A stretch of DNA of 64,000 bases. It comes from Hormiphora californensis (Eukaryota; Animalia; Ctenophora). The position numbers and the translations under genes were made by a program. Numbering within the stretch: the first letter of the stretch is position 1; every line of letters begins with the position of its first letter. The stretch covers positions 8,680,001-8,744,000 of the forward strand of contig CM035350.1 of assembly GCA_020137815.1 (NCBI GenBank). Direction: 5' to 3'. The notes beneath the pieces are model-generated. The model ran no database searches. It was not told the DNA's origin and saw nothing but the letters and a program-made list of their open reading frames with translations. Of this stretch, positions 26,410 through 48,123 are shown piece after piece.

Positions 26410-27102
26410 ATGGATACAACCCGGACAACTACAGCAATGGCAATGTCCCTTAGACGTCGCCACAAAACCTGGTTCATAAGACGGCCCATACTTCTAGTGC
26501 TAATGTGTGGGCACGTGTTTGAGACGGCGATCTGGTGGGCGTGTATCCTCTCACCGTTCTGGAAGGAGGGGCCCTTCCCACAGTTCCAAACTAACCCTCG
26601 GGAGATCTGGGAGTCATTTGTATACTTTGGACCCCTCATAACATGTCGGAGGGCTATAGTTTACAACGCCTACCTGGCTTGGGAAGATGACCCACCTGAG
26701 TGGCAGAACCGGTTCAGTTCAGCTACCTTTTGTTGGCCCACAGCTAAATACGTCACTGCGGTACCACCCTACAACTATCTGACAATTGGTCTCCTTCTCT
26801 CTTCATTCATAGTCCTGGTCCTGACTATTCTGGTGTCCATGGCATGGTTCATGTTGGTCGTTAAGAGGCGCTACACCAACACTCTCAGAAGGAAAGTCCT
26901 GCCCGCACTGAAATGTATCCAAGTTGTGTTCTGCTTCGTCCTAATCATCTGTATCGAGTTAATGACTGGTAATGCCACTATCTACTGGACATATTTCATC
27001 GCTATGGTCAACTTGGTACTCATGACTGCTCTGATTGTGCTCCAATTAACTGTTTCCTGCTGCGGAGAGAAGCTGAAACTTGTGTCAAGGGACATAAAAT
27101 GA
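26410..27102 (+). CDS. Single-exon four-TM membrane protein, claudin/PMP22-like superfamily
   Basis: ~230-aa ORF with four hydrophobic segments; first loop W..FGPLITC...C resembles the claudin W-GLW-C-C signature; YWTYFIA opens TM4; C-terminal CC. Confidence 0.65.
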   Translation: MDTTRTTTAMAMSLRRRHKTWFIRRPILLVLMCGHVFETAIWWACILSPFWKEGPFPQFQTNPREIWESFVYFGPLITCRRAIVYNAYLAWEDDPPEWQNRFSSATFCWPTAKYVTAVPPYNYLTIGLLLSSFIVLVLTILVSMAWFMLVVKRRYTNTLRRKVLPALKCIQVVFCFVLIICIELMTGNATIYWTYFIAMVNLVLMTALIVLQLTVSCCGEKLKLVSRDIK

Positions 27103-27522
27103 ACTGAGTTATTTTTTCAGTGTCTTTGAACCTTCATCGTTTTTCTGTCTCTGTTCTCCTCGTTGATTTTGCGAAATACCAACAAATTAAGGTCAAATTA
27201 CGATAATGGCGGCCAGGGACGATTATTTTGTAAAAAATCGATAAAACCTCATTTGAGCTCACCAAAATCCAAAATTCGCTTACACACTCCCCTCCACGGA
27301 CCCGTACGGACCCGCACACCCAAACAGTCAAGCAACCGGGAGGAAAGAGCTTGCTTTTCACGGTTGTTTTTTCACTTGGCAAACGTTGCTGGCCCCCGCA
27401 GCGCGGGATAAGGCAGCGCTTTTCAATTTTTTCACTTTTTTAAAACTTTTTTTCGCAAACGACAAGTGCAAAAATCGCAAAAACGATTCGATCCCTGCAA
27501 ACGCGCGCGTACCTGCAGCGGC

Positions 27523-27657
27523 TAAAGTGAAAGCGAAACAACAACGAACTGGCTGCGCGTCGCGCATTCGTTGCGCATAACGATCTCACCGGAGAGATTC
27601 ACATGCGCAACGTTGCGGGACGCGCAGCCAGTTCGTTGTTGTTTCGCTTACACTTTA
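27523..27657. mobile_element. Palindromic MITE (~135 bp)
   Basis: Arms TAAAGTGAAAGCGAAACAACAACGAACTGGCTGCGCGTC..TTGCGCAT and reverse complement; TA at both ends. Confidence 0.7.
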
Positions 27658-27831
27658 CATTCTTGACGCGACTTTTTAAATAATGCCCTGCTTTCGTGAC
27701 GCGCATTGTTTTTTATCGATCACGCTAAAAAAACGTCAGAAAAAGGTTGTTCCACTTTCGTTTTTTGTGGAAAAATTCGAAAATTCCCTCCATTTTTAGC
27801 ATTCTAGGGGTTTAAAAAACCCCAGGTAAAG

Positions 27832-27977
27832 TCCATTTTTTTTCAACTGTTCACCCAAAATCTGAAATTTCATGAAATTTAGAATTTTTGTGGCGCGCGC
27901 TACACGTTAACATGTGATAGACGCGCAAAACAATTCCGCGCACGACTTTGGGGGGTGAACAGTTGAAAAAAAATGGA
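27832..27977. mobile_element. MITE with ~25-bp TIRs
   Basis: TCCAT(n)CAACTGTTCACCC ... GGGTGAACAGTTGA(n)TGGA. Confidence 0.6.
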
Positions 27978-28135
27978 GTATATGTTTAAGAATTAAGCTG
28001 CTGGATGCACCTGAACAATAGTAAAATCTCAGTGCTTTTTCATTTCATATACTTTATGCTTTTGCTTTTTTTTTTCAAATTGAATTCCTTCGGAAATCGG
28101 AGTTCGGTCTTTGCAAGCAGATCAAATAGATTTAA

Positions 28136-29848
28136 ATGAATTCAGATGTCGCGATGCTTACCCCTTACTGTTATTTAGGTCGAGATATGGAAGTGGAACT
28201 GGTTATCGGGCACCGCTCTTTAAAAGTAGACCGAAAAATACTCGCCAAATACAGTGATTATTTCTTCGCCATGTTTTCATCCCCATTCGCAGAGAGTTCA
28301 TCAGACCAAATTCCACTGAGGAATATGAACTTCAAAGCAATGAAAGTCGTGATTGATTACATGAACACTGGAAAGTTGGCTATCACCGAGGGCAATATTG
28401 AGGAAGTATATTTGACGGCAGACTTCCTCCAGATAGAGATTATCAAAAGGCGCTGTCAGGAGTTGTTTGTCAAACATATAGGATCCAGTAATTGTATTAG
28501 GATGTACGAGCTAGGTCAGCAACATGGCATGCCTCGTGTCGTGGATCTGGCACGTAAAATGATGCTGAAATGTTTCGAGCAAATTTCAGAGGATCTTGAA
28601 TATTTTGAGTTCTCCTGTGGACTTCTTGTATCACTCCTCAGTGATTCTGACCTGAACATTTCCAAGGAGGAAACACTTATAAATGTTGTGAGAAAATGGG
28701 TATCGCATAACCATGACGAGCGTTCTTCCTTTAAAGACGATCTTGTTCAATGTATAAGACTGGAACTTCTACCTGAAAAGCGGTTTGAACGGTTTCTACG
28801 GAGTGATTTTCTGTGCTACGACGTTGATCTGCGACGTCGCTTGATTGAGAGACGTAAAGAGCGACTGGAAATGATACAAACACCTAAAGTAACAAATCGA
28901 AACACAAAGAAGCTCCCAAGGATAGGTCAAGAGCGGTTTGGGATGATTCACAACCGAGTCTACTTGTTAGGGGGTCTGACAGACACCACTACATCTCCTG
29001 GAATCGAGGTTTTCGGACAGGATCAGTTCCCTACCGCTCTTGTTAGTGGCCACTTTACATCGGAGAGACAAGGGGAGACACTACCACTCTGTAGCTACGG
29101 TGGGGGAGCTGTAGTTATAGATGGAACTGTGTATTTTGTTGAGGGACGTAGTGGAGGGGCGACCTCTAAAAATAGACTCTTCAAAGTACATATTCACTCC
29201 CACACATTCGAATTGATCAGTGAGTTGCCTGTGTCAGTTGACCAAGCTTCAATTACATGCTCTGACGGAAGGATCTACGTGGTAGGAGGGTTTGTGACAC
29301 TCGATAATTCTACCAGCCACTCGCCATGTTCCCATGTCCAAATCTACGACACAACCACAGGGTGTTGGGAGTCGGGGCCTGATCTGGCCATACCTCGAGC
29401 ACACGCTGCTACTGTGGGCCTCAACAGTGGCGGTGGTCTCACCTCTCGTGTATTGGTTATTGGTGGTTACGGGCAAAACAAACTGAAGTCAGTGGAACTG
29501 ATAGAAAATGGAGTGTTGAGTGATTTTCCTCACATGATCAGAGAACGACATTCGTTTGTTGCAGAGTTGTTCGAGGGGATGGTTTATGCAGTGGGAGGTT
29601 GGAAGGAGACTACAGCGGAGAGATATGATTTCAGGGTCAAACAGTGGAGCCTACTAAAATCCTATCCCAGCATTCACCGGGACTGTGTACAGGGTGCTGT
29701 GTGTGATGGGCAGTTTTATGTGTTCGGGGGTGTGGCGAGGAACCGGAATGTGGCATCAATCGAGCGGTACGATGCTGAGAAAGATAAATGGAGTCCAGCG
29801 GGAAACCTCATTTACCCTCGCCTTTATCCAGCTATTGCAGTAACGTAG
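28136..29848 (+). CDS. BTB-BACK-Kelch (KLHL-like) Cullin3 adaptor
   Basis: 570-aa ORF: BTB (ILAKYSDYFFAMFSSPFAES..YMNTGKL..ADFLQI), BACK (LLSDSDLNISKEETL..KWVSHN), kelch repeats (IYVVGG, VLVIGG, VYAVGG, FYVFGG, ERYD..W). True start may follow the acceptor at ~28178. Confidence 0.93.
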   Translation: MNSDVAMLTPYCYLGRDMEVELVIGHRSLKVDRKILAKYSDYFFAMFSSPFAESSSDQIPLRNMNFKAMKVVIDYMNTGKLAITEGNIEEVYLTADFLQIEIIKRRCQELFVKHIGSSNCIRMYELGQQHGMPRVVDLARKMMLKCFEQISEDLEYFEFSCGLLVSLLSDSDLNISKEETLINVVRKWVSHNHDERSSFKDDLVQCIRLELLPEKRFERFLRSDFLCYDVDLRRRLIERRKERLEMIQTPKVTNRNTKKLPRIGQERFGMIHNRVYLLGGLTDTTTSPGIEVFGQDQFPTALVSGHFTSERQGETLPLCSYGGGAVVIDGTVYFVEGRSGGATSKNRLFKVHIHSHTFELISELPVSVDQASITCSDGRIYVVGGFVTLDNSTSHSPCSHVQIYDTTTGCWESGPDLAIPRAHAATVGLNSGGGLTSRVLVIGGYGQNKLKSVELIENGVLSDFPHMIRERHSFVAELFEGMVYAVGGWKETTAERYDFRVKQWSLLKSYPSIHRDCVQGAVCDGQFYVFGGVARNRNVASIERYDAEKDKWSPAGNLIYPRLYPAIAVT

Positions 29849-29965
29849 AGGGAGATTAATTAATAAATTAATTGTTTATGAATGTGTGGTATTGTGACGA
29901 CTTTTTTGTAAAAATATTCTGTTTCTATTGGGGTTCATTTTCATTAAAAAGCTGTTGTTCTATTT

Positions 29966-30000
<35 letters not shown>

Positions 30001-30036
30001 AATATTCGGCACTATACAATATCTTGTAGGGGTCCA

Positions 30037-39938
<9,902 letters not shown>

Positions 39939-40791
39939 TTGATAGAAATTGTTTGATAGACTGCAGATTTTAATTAGTCATTACTAATAGTTTTGGGCGT
40001 GAGACCGTAAAAAGAGGTCTGTGAAACAATGGTTTTATAATTAACAAGTGAAGAATGTGTGCATAATTATGGAGTGCTCAGTGCAAGAGTGATTGAAATC
40101 TTAAACTGATATCAGATTGTTATTTGAACGAAATTCGTTGCAATAGTTTTAACCAGTTGTTTTTCATTTGATTCCTAGGTGGTACCACGGGGCACTTGCC
40201 AGTGCTAAACGCGACAGATATAATGCCATTGTTCACATATTGAATCGTTGCCAATGGCAACGGGTTATATCGGAAATCAGATTACCCACGTGTCTAAAAA
40301 TTTACAAACCAAATGAGTCATGCAACTTTAAATTTGTGATTTTCGATTTGCATTTGCCATGTATTACCAGGCCACTGCAGTTACAAACACATAGTACCAG
40401 TGAAAAACTAAATTATAGCCACTATGTACTATTGTTCTAAAATATGCCCAGTTCTATTTTATTTGAAAAAAGCAACGTCAAGAAGTCGAATACCATACCT
40501 ACTACAACTTGAACTACAACTTGAGCGGGTTACTACGTGGCAACACACGCGGTAGTTAGTTAGACTGATAAGCTAAGAATTGTCTGACTGGGCAGAATCA
40601 TCCTAAAAATATCCTAATCTCTGGTATTACATTTTGAACCCTAATTAGAAAAAGCCCACGCAGGAGCGGTAATTTTGTATGTCTTAAAATGGCTCTGAGT
40701 CTGAGATTATTATAGTGCAGTGTCTCGATCTTGTCATTGAACTTTCTATTTCATCTGATATAATAATAATCATGTTACAAGTCACATCTTA

Positions 40792-41015
40792 GGGTGCGCA
40801 CAGACTGTTCATGCGTGATCATGTCCATAAGTGGACTGAAAACTGAAACTTATTCATATAAAAGCGAAAACCACTGTACCCGACTAATTTTGATACGCTG
40901 AATCACGTAAGCAACTTTTCCAATCTGTCTGAGATCGGGAAAGTGTTCTAATTGGGCATAATTGGGTCTTGCCCACTTATGGACATGATCACGCATGAAC
41001 AGTCTGTGCGCGCCC
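40792..41015. mobile_element. PIF/Harbinger-type (Tourist-like) MITE
   Basis: 43-bp TIRs GGGTGCGCACAGACTGTTCATGCGTGATCATGTCCATAAGTGG and reverse complement; TTA TSD at 40789-40791 and 41016-41018. Confidence 0.88.
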
Positions 41016-41460
41016 TTAATGTTCTAAAATATCTGTATTACCGCGTTTTCCAGTCTAGCATATTACCGACACCATGCCACCCACATGTTATTTGCCGTCA
41101 AATTACCAAGACAAAAGATCTCATAATCTGCACCTCTAATTTCTTGATCGGCTGAAAGTGAAAGGAGAAAATGGAAGGAAGAGAGACGATCAGAGAGAGG
41201 CTGCTTGTAGTAGTCAAGCCAGAAGCCATACATAACTAGTTTTGTGAATTTATGACTGTATATTTCCTTGCAAATTCCTAAACACAGTACATATTACGTG
41301 GGTTCTGAAACACTGCATTCACATCACGTTTCACTGTTGTTCTCTCCAGAGAGATAATGTTTTGTGCCGTTTCGTATTCATGACTATCTTGTCCCACGTT
41401 CTCCGCTTTTTTAGTGGTGCGGCCCTTAGATCGGCCGCCGCACTGAGATAATAGTTATAG

Positions 41461-41571
41461 CTGTCTCTGTCTCTGTCTCTGTCTCTGTCTCTGTCTCTGT
41501 CTCTGTCTCTGTCTCTGTCTCTGTCTCTGTCTCTGTCTCTGTCTCTGTCTCTGTCTCTGTCTCTGTCTCTG

Positions 41572-41613
<42 letters not shown>
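41461..41613. repeat. (CTGTCT)n hexanucleotide microsatellite merging into (CT)n
   Basis: Direct inspection; a related compound tract lies at 51060-51283. Confidence 0.95.
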
Positions 41614-41614
<1 letters not shown>

Positions 41615-41989
41615 TTATCTTTCTCCCTATCTTTATTTCATCTATTTTTTCTGTTCCATTGGTCCAGGTGGATACCATTGCTGTACCAGATGTGACCAAT
41701 TCAGAGCTGGAACGATACGTCAATTATCAAATTAACTTGTTTTCTGACGTACTGGTATTTGAGAGATTCTCCCCAATTCATTATTGACCACCCAGCAAGT
41801 GTGTACGTATGTCGACGTATATTGTTGCCAAATTTGGGGCGAATTCCTGTCATTTCGCCAATTTATGTTTTGTCATGTGTACAGTTTTTAGGTACGGCCT
41901 GTTCACTAATTTTCCTACCACCCCCCTCTCATCCCCTCCTCACACAGAGAACGGTGAGAATTAGTGAAAGTTTCGACAAGAAAGAAAGG

Positions 41990-42037
<48 letters not shown>

Positions 42038-42039
42038 GA

Positions 42040-42089
<50 letters not shown>

Positions 42090-45000
42090 GAGAAAATAGT
42101 AGATAGATACAAGGAGCCCATGTCGTGGAAGATAAATAGAGAATCATAAATGTTTCTAATTTTATTGCTAAGACTTTTTTACGTTACACCTCAACTTTTC
42201 ATTCACAATTGTTGCATCCACATGCAGGTCTCCTTCAGCTAACTTCCACTTTCTCTCCCTAGATGCCAATTATTCACTCTCTCTAAAAGTGAGACCCAGA
42301 TTCCCAATTCATTGAACATGTCAACACCTGAATTGCCTGGATCCAAAGGGTGAATATGAGAGGGAGGGAGAGAGAGCAGAGGGAGAGGGAGGGAGTGGAT
42401 AGAAGGAGAAGAGAGAGAGAAAGAGAGGTAGTGATAGAGAGAAAGGCTATGACGCAGTCTAGGCGAGAAGCAGTGACTGACAAGGAGCTACGCCTTTTTG
42501 CGTCACAACCTGCTACACATGACCATCACAACTCAAGCTGTATGATTTATTGTTTAGTATCCTGTATGATATTCTTGCTCCTAATTTGTTCAATAACTAC
42601 ATCATTGGAGGACTGTCTGGCGGCGCCCCATTTTGATTACTTAGGTCGGGGTATTTAGATGCAGTGCCAACTGAAAGGCGACGTTAGACTGGTACTGGAG
42701 AATTACAGCCAGCTTATAGTGGCAGATATCTGTTGAATTTTGTCGAACAAGTTTGCTAGTGTTGACAACCGATCATTTCTGCAGTACGATCACTGTCTTG
42801 TTAATTCTATAGTGTAGTATGTTAATGTAGTAGAATGATCTAGTGTTGATCTACCAATCGGCAATCCTTATGGAGTATTTTAGAATTTGTGACAGATTTG
42901 ACTGACACAAAATTATTATTACAGCGTGAGTGGTTGTGGCTTGGTCAGCCAGCCGGGTCTGTGGTGGTACTTTTGAGTGCCAAATCCGCTAATTACAGAC
43001 CCAGTTAATCAAAATTCTTGCCACACACACATCCACATACATACAGTGTAGTACACATGTTCTACAGAGAAAGCTTATTGTTGAGCTTAAATTAAGTTTT
43101 GTAATAGCGTGGTTTAATCAACACCGCCATACAAAATTAAAATTGCCCCACCATCCATCACTGTACTGCTACTACTCTGGTTCTCTACCACTGTCATAGT
43201 CAGCAGCTAATACTCTCTAGTCTCTAGCTTTCATATCACTAGTAGTGATACTGTCACTACGTAATGTGGTATTTACTATTTACTTTTAAAAGTTCAATAA
43301 CCTGAGATTTGAATTAAGCTTCTTTTTAAAAAGGAATAATAATCTTGATCTTTTAAAAAGTGTCCCAGAAAGATTTTACGTCAGAACACATGAGCTGATA
43401 TTATCAATGAAAGCATAGTATATTTCTTAGTATTGTTGTTTCCTCGATATATTAGTAGCATGGTAGTCAATAGTAGCCCAATATAACTTTATGGGCCAAT
43501 TAGGCACCTCGGCATGGCAAGCTATCATCGGACACAGCTACATAAAGTATCCTCCTCCCTTCTTTTGTACAACTATACATGTCGAGGAGGGTTGTCATTT
43601 CTTTGAGATGATTTTATTGCACAACTCTTAATTAAAGTATCTGAGCTGAGCTGCTTGGGTGCGCCGAGAGAAAGACACCCTCCCTCAGAGAGGCTGGGAA
43701 CAAATCAAACTGACAACCACGACGGGGGAAGTTGACATTTGATTGAGAAACATACTTCCCTGTGATATATGTATCTCTCAAGTTTTAGTAGTAGTCAGTA
43801 GGTACGTCATGCGGATTATGTTTGCAGATCAAGCACATTTTACCCAGTCTCTCTCTAGCAGCCATGTCAGTGTCATATACCGTAGGATTTAAAACATTAT
43901 TCTGCCTTTGTCACGACTTTTCTAGCCGTTAATGATATCAGATATTATTTGATTGTAACAGCTTGCAAGAGGATCGAAATTGACGCCCAGTCATTAAAGA
44001 TCTCATGTTTCTAACATTCTAGTTCTTACAACTAGATGTCAACACTCGAATTTCCTTTCCTGCATGTACACATCTGTGTTGCCTGTAACTGTCCTGCAGT
44101 TTCAGTACTAAGGGAGGAGCACATTACACAATTATTATAATACCCGCTGGGAGGGATGTGTAAATCTGTTGTAATCCACTTATCGGTGTTGTGGGGCACA
44201 CATATCCACATATTGTTCGTGTGTGCGTCATTTGTGTTGTTGTATAATACTTGGCAGTGCTTCTTGGTCCGCTCTCAAAGTCTCATAGTGCATTAGTATT
44301 ACTGATCTTCTAATCTAATAGACCCCCTGGAGGCTAGAAATGGACAACGGTAGAGCAAGGATATGATGACTTTGCAGTTCTCTGACTACACGTTCATGCG
44401 GCGATATGATACAGTCACGCTGTGAGCGTCATTCGCCATTGTGTATGATTTTCTGGGGCTCTGGGTCTGGGGTTAATCTTTAATTTGTGATGTGGTATTA
44501 CATCATTAATATTACAGTGCGTGGTCCCCTCTAGTTCGTGGTAGGAATATGTCCTCTTCCCGTACTGCGGGGGGGGGGGGGGGGGGGTAATGCATAATAT
44601 AATATGAGCTGGACTTGGTGGACCACTATATCTGTACTAGCATGACGTGTTGTACTACTAGCATGTAGTATTGTTATTAGACTGTGACAGGCAATTCATT
44701 AAATCAGGGGCCCTCGCTGGGGGGATTTGAACTGTTCACGTTCAGATCAGTATTGGGGGCTTCAAGTGATCAAATCCTAGTCGAATGACATAGACTTCAT
44801 GAAAGCCGTTTTGTATCCGAGTTCCCCTTGTGTTTTCGTAGTTGGATTAAATCTAACAAAAACTTAAAGATATTTTTCTTTTTTAGAAACTAACTTCTTT
44901 TCCACAATTCTGCGTACTCTTCTTTCTACTTTTGCTATTCTTGGTATGCCAACTGAATTGCATTGGCCTACACAAGTCACAACGCGGGTTTTCATCAACT

Positions 45001-45457
45001 TGTTAATCATGGCCTGCATGCTTCTTTATATTCATTATTCATATAGCTACAAAATTCTTTGTATAATCTCCTGCACATGTACATTGGGAACAATGGCTTC
45101 TTGCTTAGGACAGATTCAACATGCTGATGCATGGTATTTCCATGAATAACATTTCTCGTGGGGTTTCCCTAAGTCCCTGCGAGGACAACGGGAAGTTTTC
45201 TAAAAACTTTGAATATTTTGTATAGGAATGTTACGCCAGGATCCATTGCGGAAGCGGATCTGTACAAGTGATCAAGAACGGTTTACACCCAGTCCAACTA
45301 GTGGAAGTTACAGGCTGAGAACTCAACCTACTTGCAATGAACAAATCTTTGATCTCTTCAGGTCCAATGAAAAGTAAGTGAGATAAGATCTTCTTCTGTT
45401 TTCATGAACTTCGAAGCTGTTCTAATTGATTTGTATACTAGGATTTAGGTTTTCAAA

Positions 45458-48060
45458 ATGTCTTTAATCAGGTTGTCTGCAGCGGACTTTAAAAATGTTT
45501 GGACCTACTACGATTCAGATATGAATGGCTATATCGAGGCAGACGAATTGACATCTTTTCTTAACGATCTGTTCACAGCACAGGTATCTGATCCTGATCC
45601 AATCTGCATTTTATATCTTTTGTGTGATCTGTTTTAATTGTTAGATAATTAGTGATTAATTGAAATTACAGCATGTTGTGACAGCTGCACTGTTCTATTG
45701 TAATTCTAATGCACATTCAGACAGCCCTAATGGTACCTTGTGTGTACTGTGTGTGCATTATTAGACGGCCACAGATCTTAGTTGTACATGTGTGTTCATC
45801 ATCAGATGTCTCTGATCTCTTTGTCTGCAGCTCCTCCCGTTCCTAAAATCGATGTGTGCGATGTGGTTAATAACGTTAGATATTGTTGTTGTTGTCACAC
45901 GTACCACAAAACAACTAATGCCACATGGAATTTGAAACTCTTTAATATAATACAGTGGTGTTTTTTCTACTCCAGTTGCTTTAATTTTCCATGTCTATTT
46001 TCCATACAGTATATTTGACTTGTACAGTGTCTCCAGCCAATTAAACTCTCCATTAATTTAGAAAGGTTGCTGCCAAGTACTTCCACCTGGGGAGTTTATG
46101 TCACCTAATTCCGCATTAATTATGCCTTAATTTTCGTATTACTACTTGTACTGTACGTCAGCAGTTCGGCGGCATACAGCAATGACCTATGAGCTAGAAG
46201 CAATCTATTTTTTCTCATCTTGTGCGTCAGAAGGGACTGTGAAAATTGGAGTGAATCTAGGCATGTAGTGTATCCATGTCTTGATACTAATTAGCGGGCT
46301 AATTATGAATTTTGTCGACTACCACGGTGCCTGCCAGTATACAGCTGCCACCATGAATAGCTTTCTGTATGTGATATTTGTAATCCGTTATTCTTTGAGG
46401 TTGTCCCCCTGCCATGTTAGGGATACGGAGTACTAGTGGCTTATGCATATAACATTTGGCTTGCGATAGGGTTCTCAGCCGTGATTCGTGACCTACTAGT
46501 GATTTTTGGATAGAGCTGTTGTAATTGTAGTGACTTTTTGTAGAACGTGTCATGGTTGTTTGATGTATTGTTTTAGTCTGTTAAATGTGGTGCATTTTGT
46601 TAGTTTGGTTTACAGCTAATGGATTAGACCATTTCTAGTTAGAGCGTGCCCTGTTAGTTTCAGAAAGTGGCTTGCCAAGTCGTTTATTGTATTTGTATGT
46701 CAATATAGTTTCTGATCAGGTCTGTGTCCAGTGGCAGTAGGCTAGATTATGGTCGTTGGTATTACTTATATGTTCCCTATGCTATAGCATACTATGGCCT
46801 ATCAAGATTATATAGTTTATTTTACTAAACCTTTAACTCGCATAAACTCTTTAACTCTTATAAACTCTTTAAAACTCTTAAAAAACTCTCCAAAGCATAA
46901 TAAATCAAAATGCCCAAGGTCTAATTCTAATTCTGATCTTGATAAATTGTTCTAGAACAAATGCACCCCAATGCATGTTATTTGTATGACAGCTGTACTA
47001 CTACGAAGCACTATCTCACTAACAGAAAATCCAGAGTGGCCTGTTACAGGGCCAGCATATGAGCAGAGGCAGAGTTGGAAATACTAAGAGACGCCATCAT
47101 TGAATGTTATGACGCCTAATAGGGACGGAAGGATCGAAGTAACGGAAATGACAAAGTTCCTACCGTGGAGAACAACTTTCTCCTTCACTTCAGGTACACT
47201 ACACTTAACACTACGGGTACACTACGTACTATAATAACAGGTACACTATAGTCGAATTTTTTATTTAAGCGACAAGCCGCCACGCACTCAATTAGTTAAT
47301 TTGTCATATCTCCGGTTCCTGATAAGATAAAGACTTGATCCTGGTTGCGTTGGAAAGATAAAATTTTTATCTTTCCAATGGCACCAAGAAAAAGTCGCTA
47401 GCTTATCAGGAACCGGAAATCGATTTCAAGCGCTGCATTTTGATGCGCGGCGCTGCATTTTGATGCGCGGCGGCCTAAAAAATTGGACTTTACACCACGG
47501 GTACTGCACCACACTACAACAGGTACAGAGGTAGAAACTGTACAAGTAGAGTGTATGTAACAAGCTATAGTGAGGGAAGGATAAGTTAGTGTAACTGTAA
47601 ACTATTGCAATGGAGGGAGCAAGTTATCTGATATCTAACAGCTCAGTTAGAGGGGACAATATCACTGAAACAATAGCAAGGCAATGGATCCTATATGTAC
47701 AGTAGTATGTACCAATGGATCCATTGTACCAATATAGGCAAGAGTAAGTGAGAGCATACCACCTTGATTTTGCCCAACAGCTACTATATAGAGCGCTCTC
47801 GAGTAAGTAAGCCATGGCTAGCCTACGGCATGGCTAGCCTACTGCATTTTACAAGAGTGGTTCTTACCAAACAATAAACAAATGTTGTGCTGCATAAAAC
47901 CACTCTGAGGAAGCTTTTATTACAAGTTTTAAGGGGGCAGCTTAAGAAAGGATCATAATGAAGAAAGAGAAAATAGAGACATCACGTGTCTACTTTGTCT
48001 GTATAGCCATAGGCTACAAACAAAAACTCCCTCTCCTCCCCATCTGTCGCTGTCTCTCTC

Positions 48061-48123
<63 letters not shown>

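Noticed and set aside
44705-44755. B-box-like GTTCAAATCC on the minus strand (tRNA/SINE?)
   Set aside because: No A-box or cloverleaf could be built
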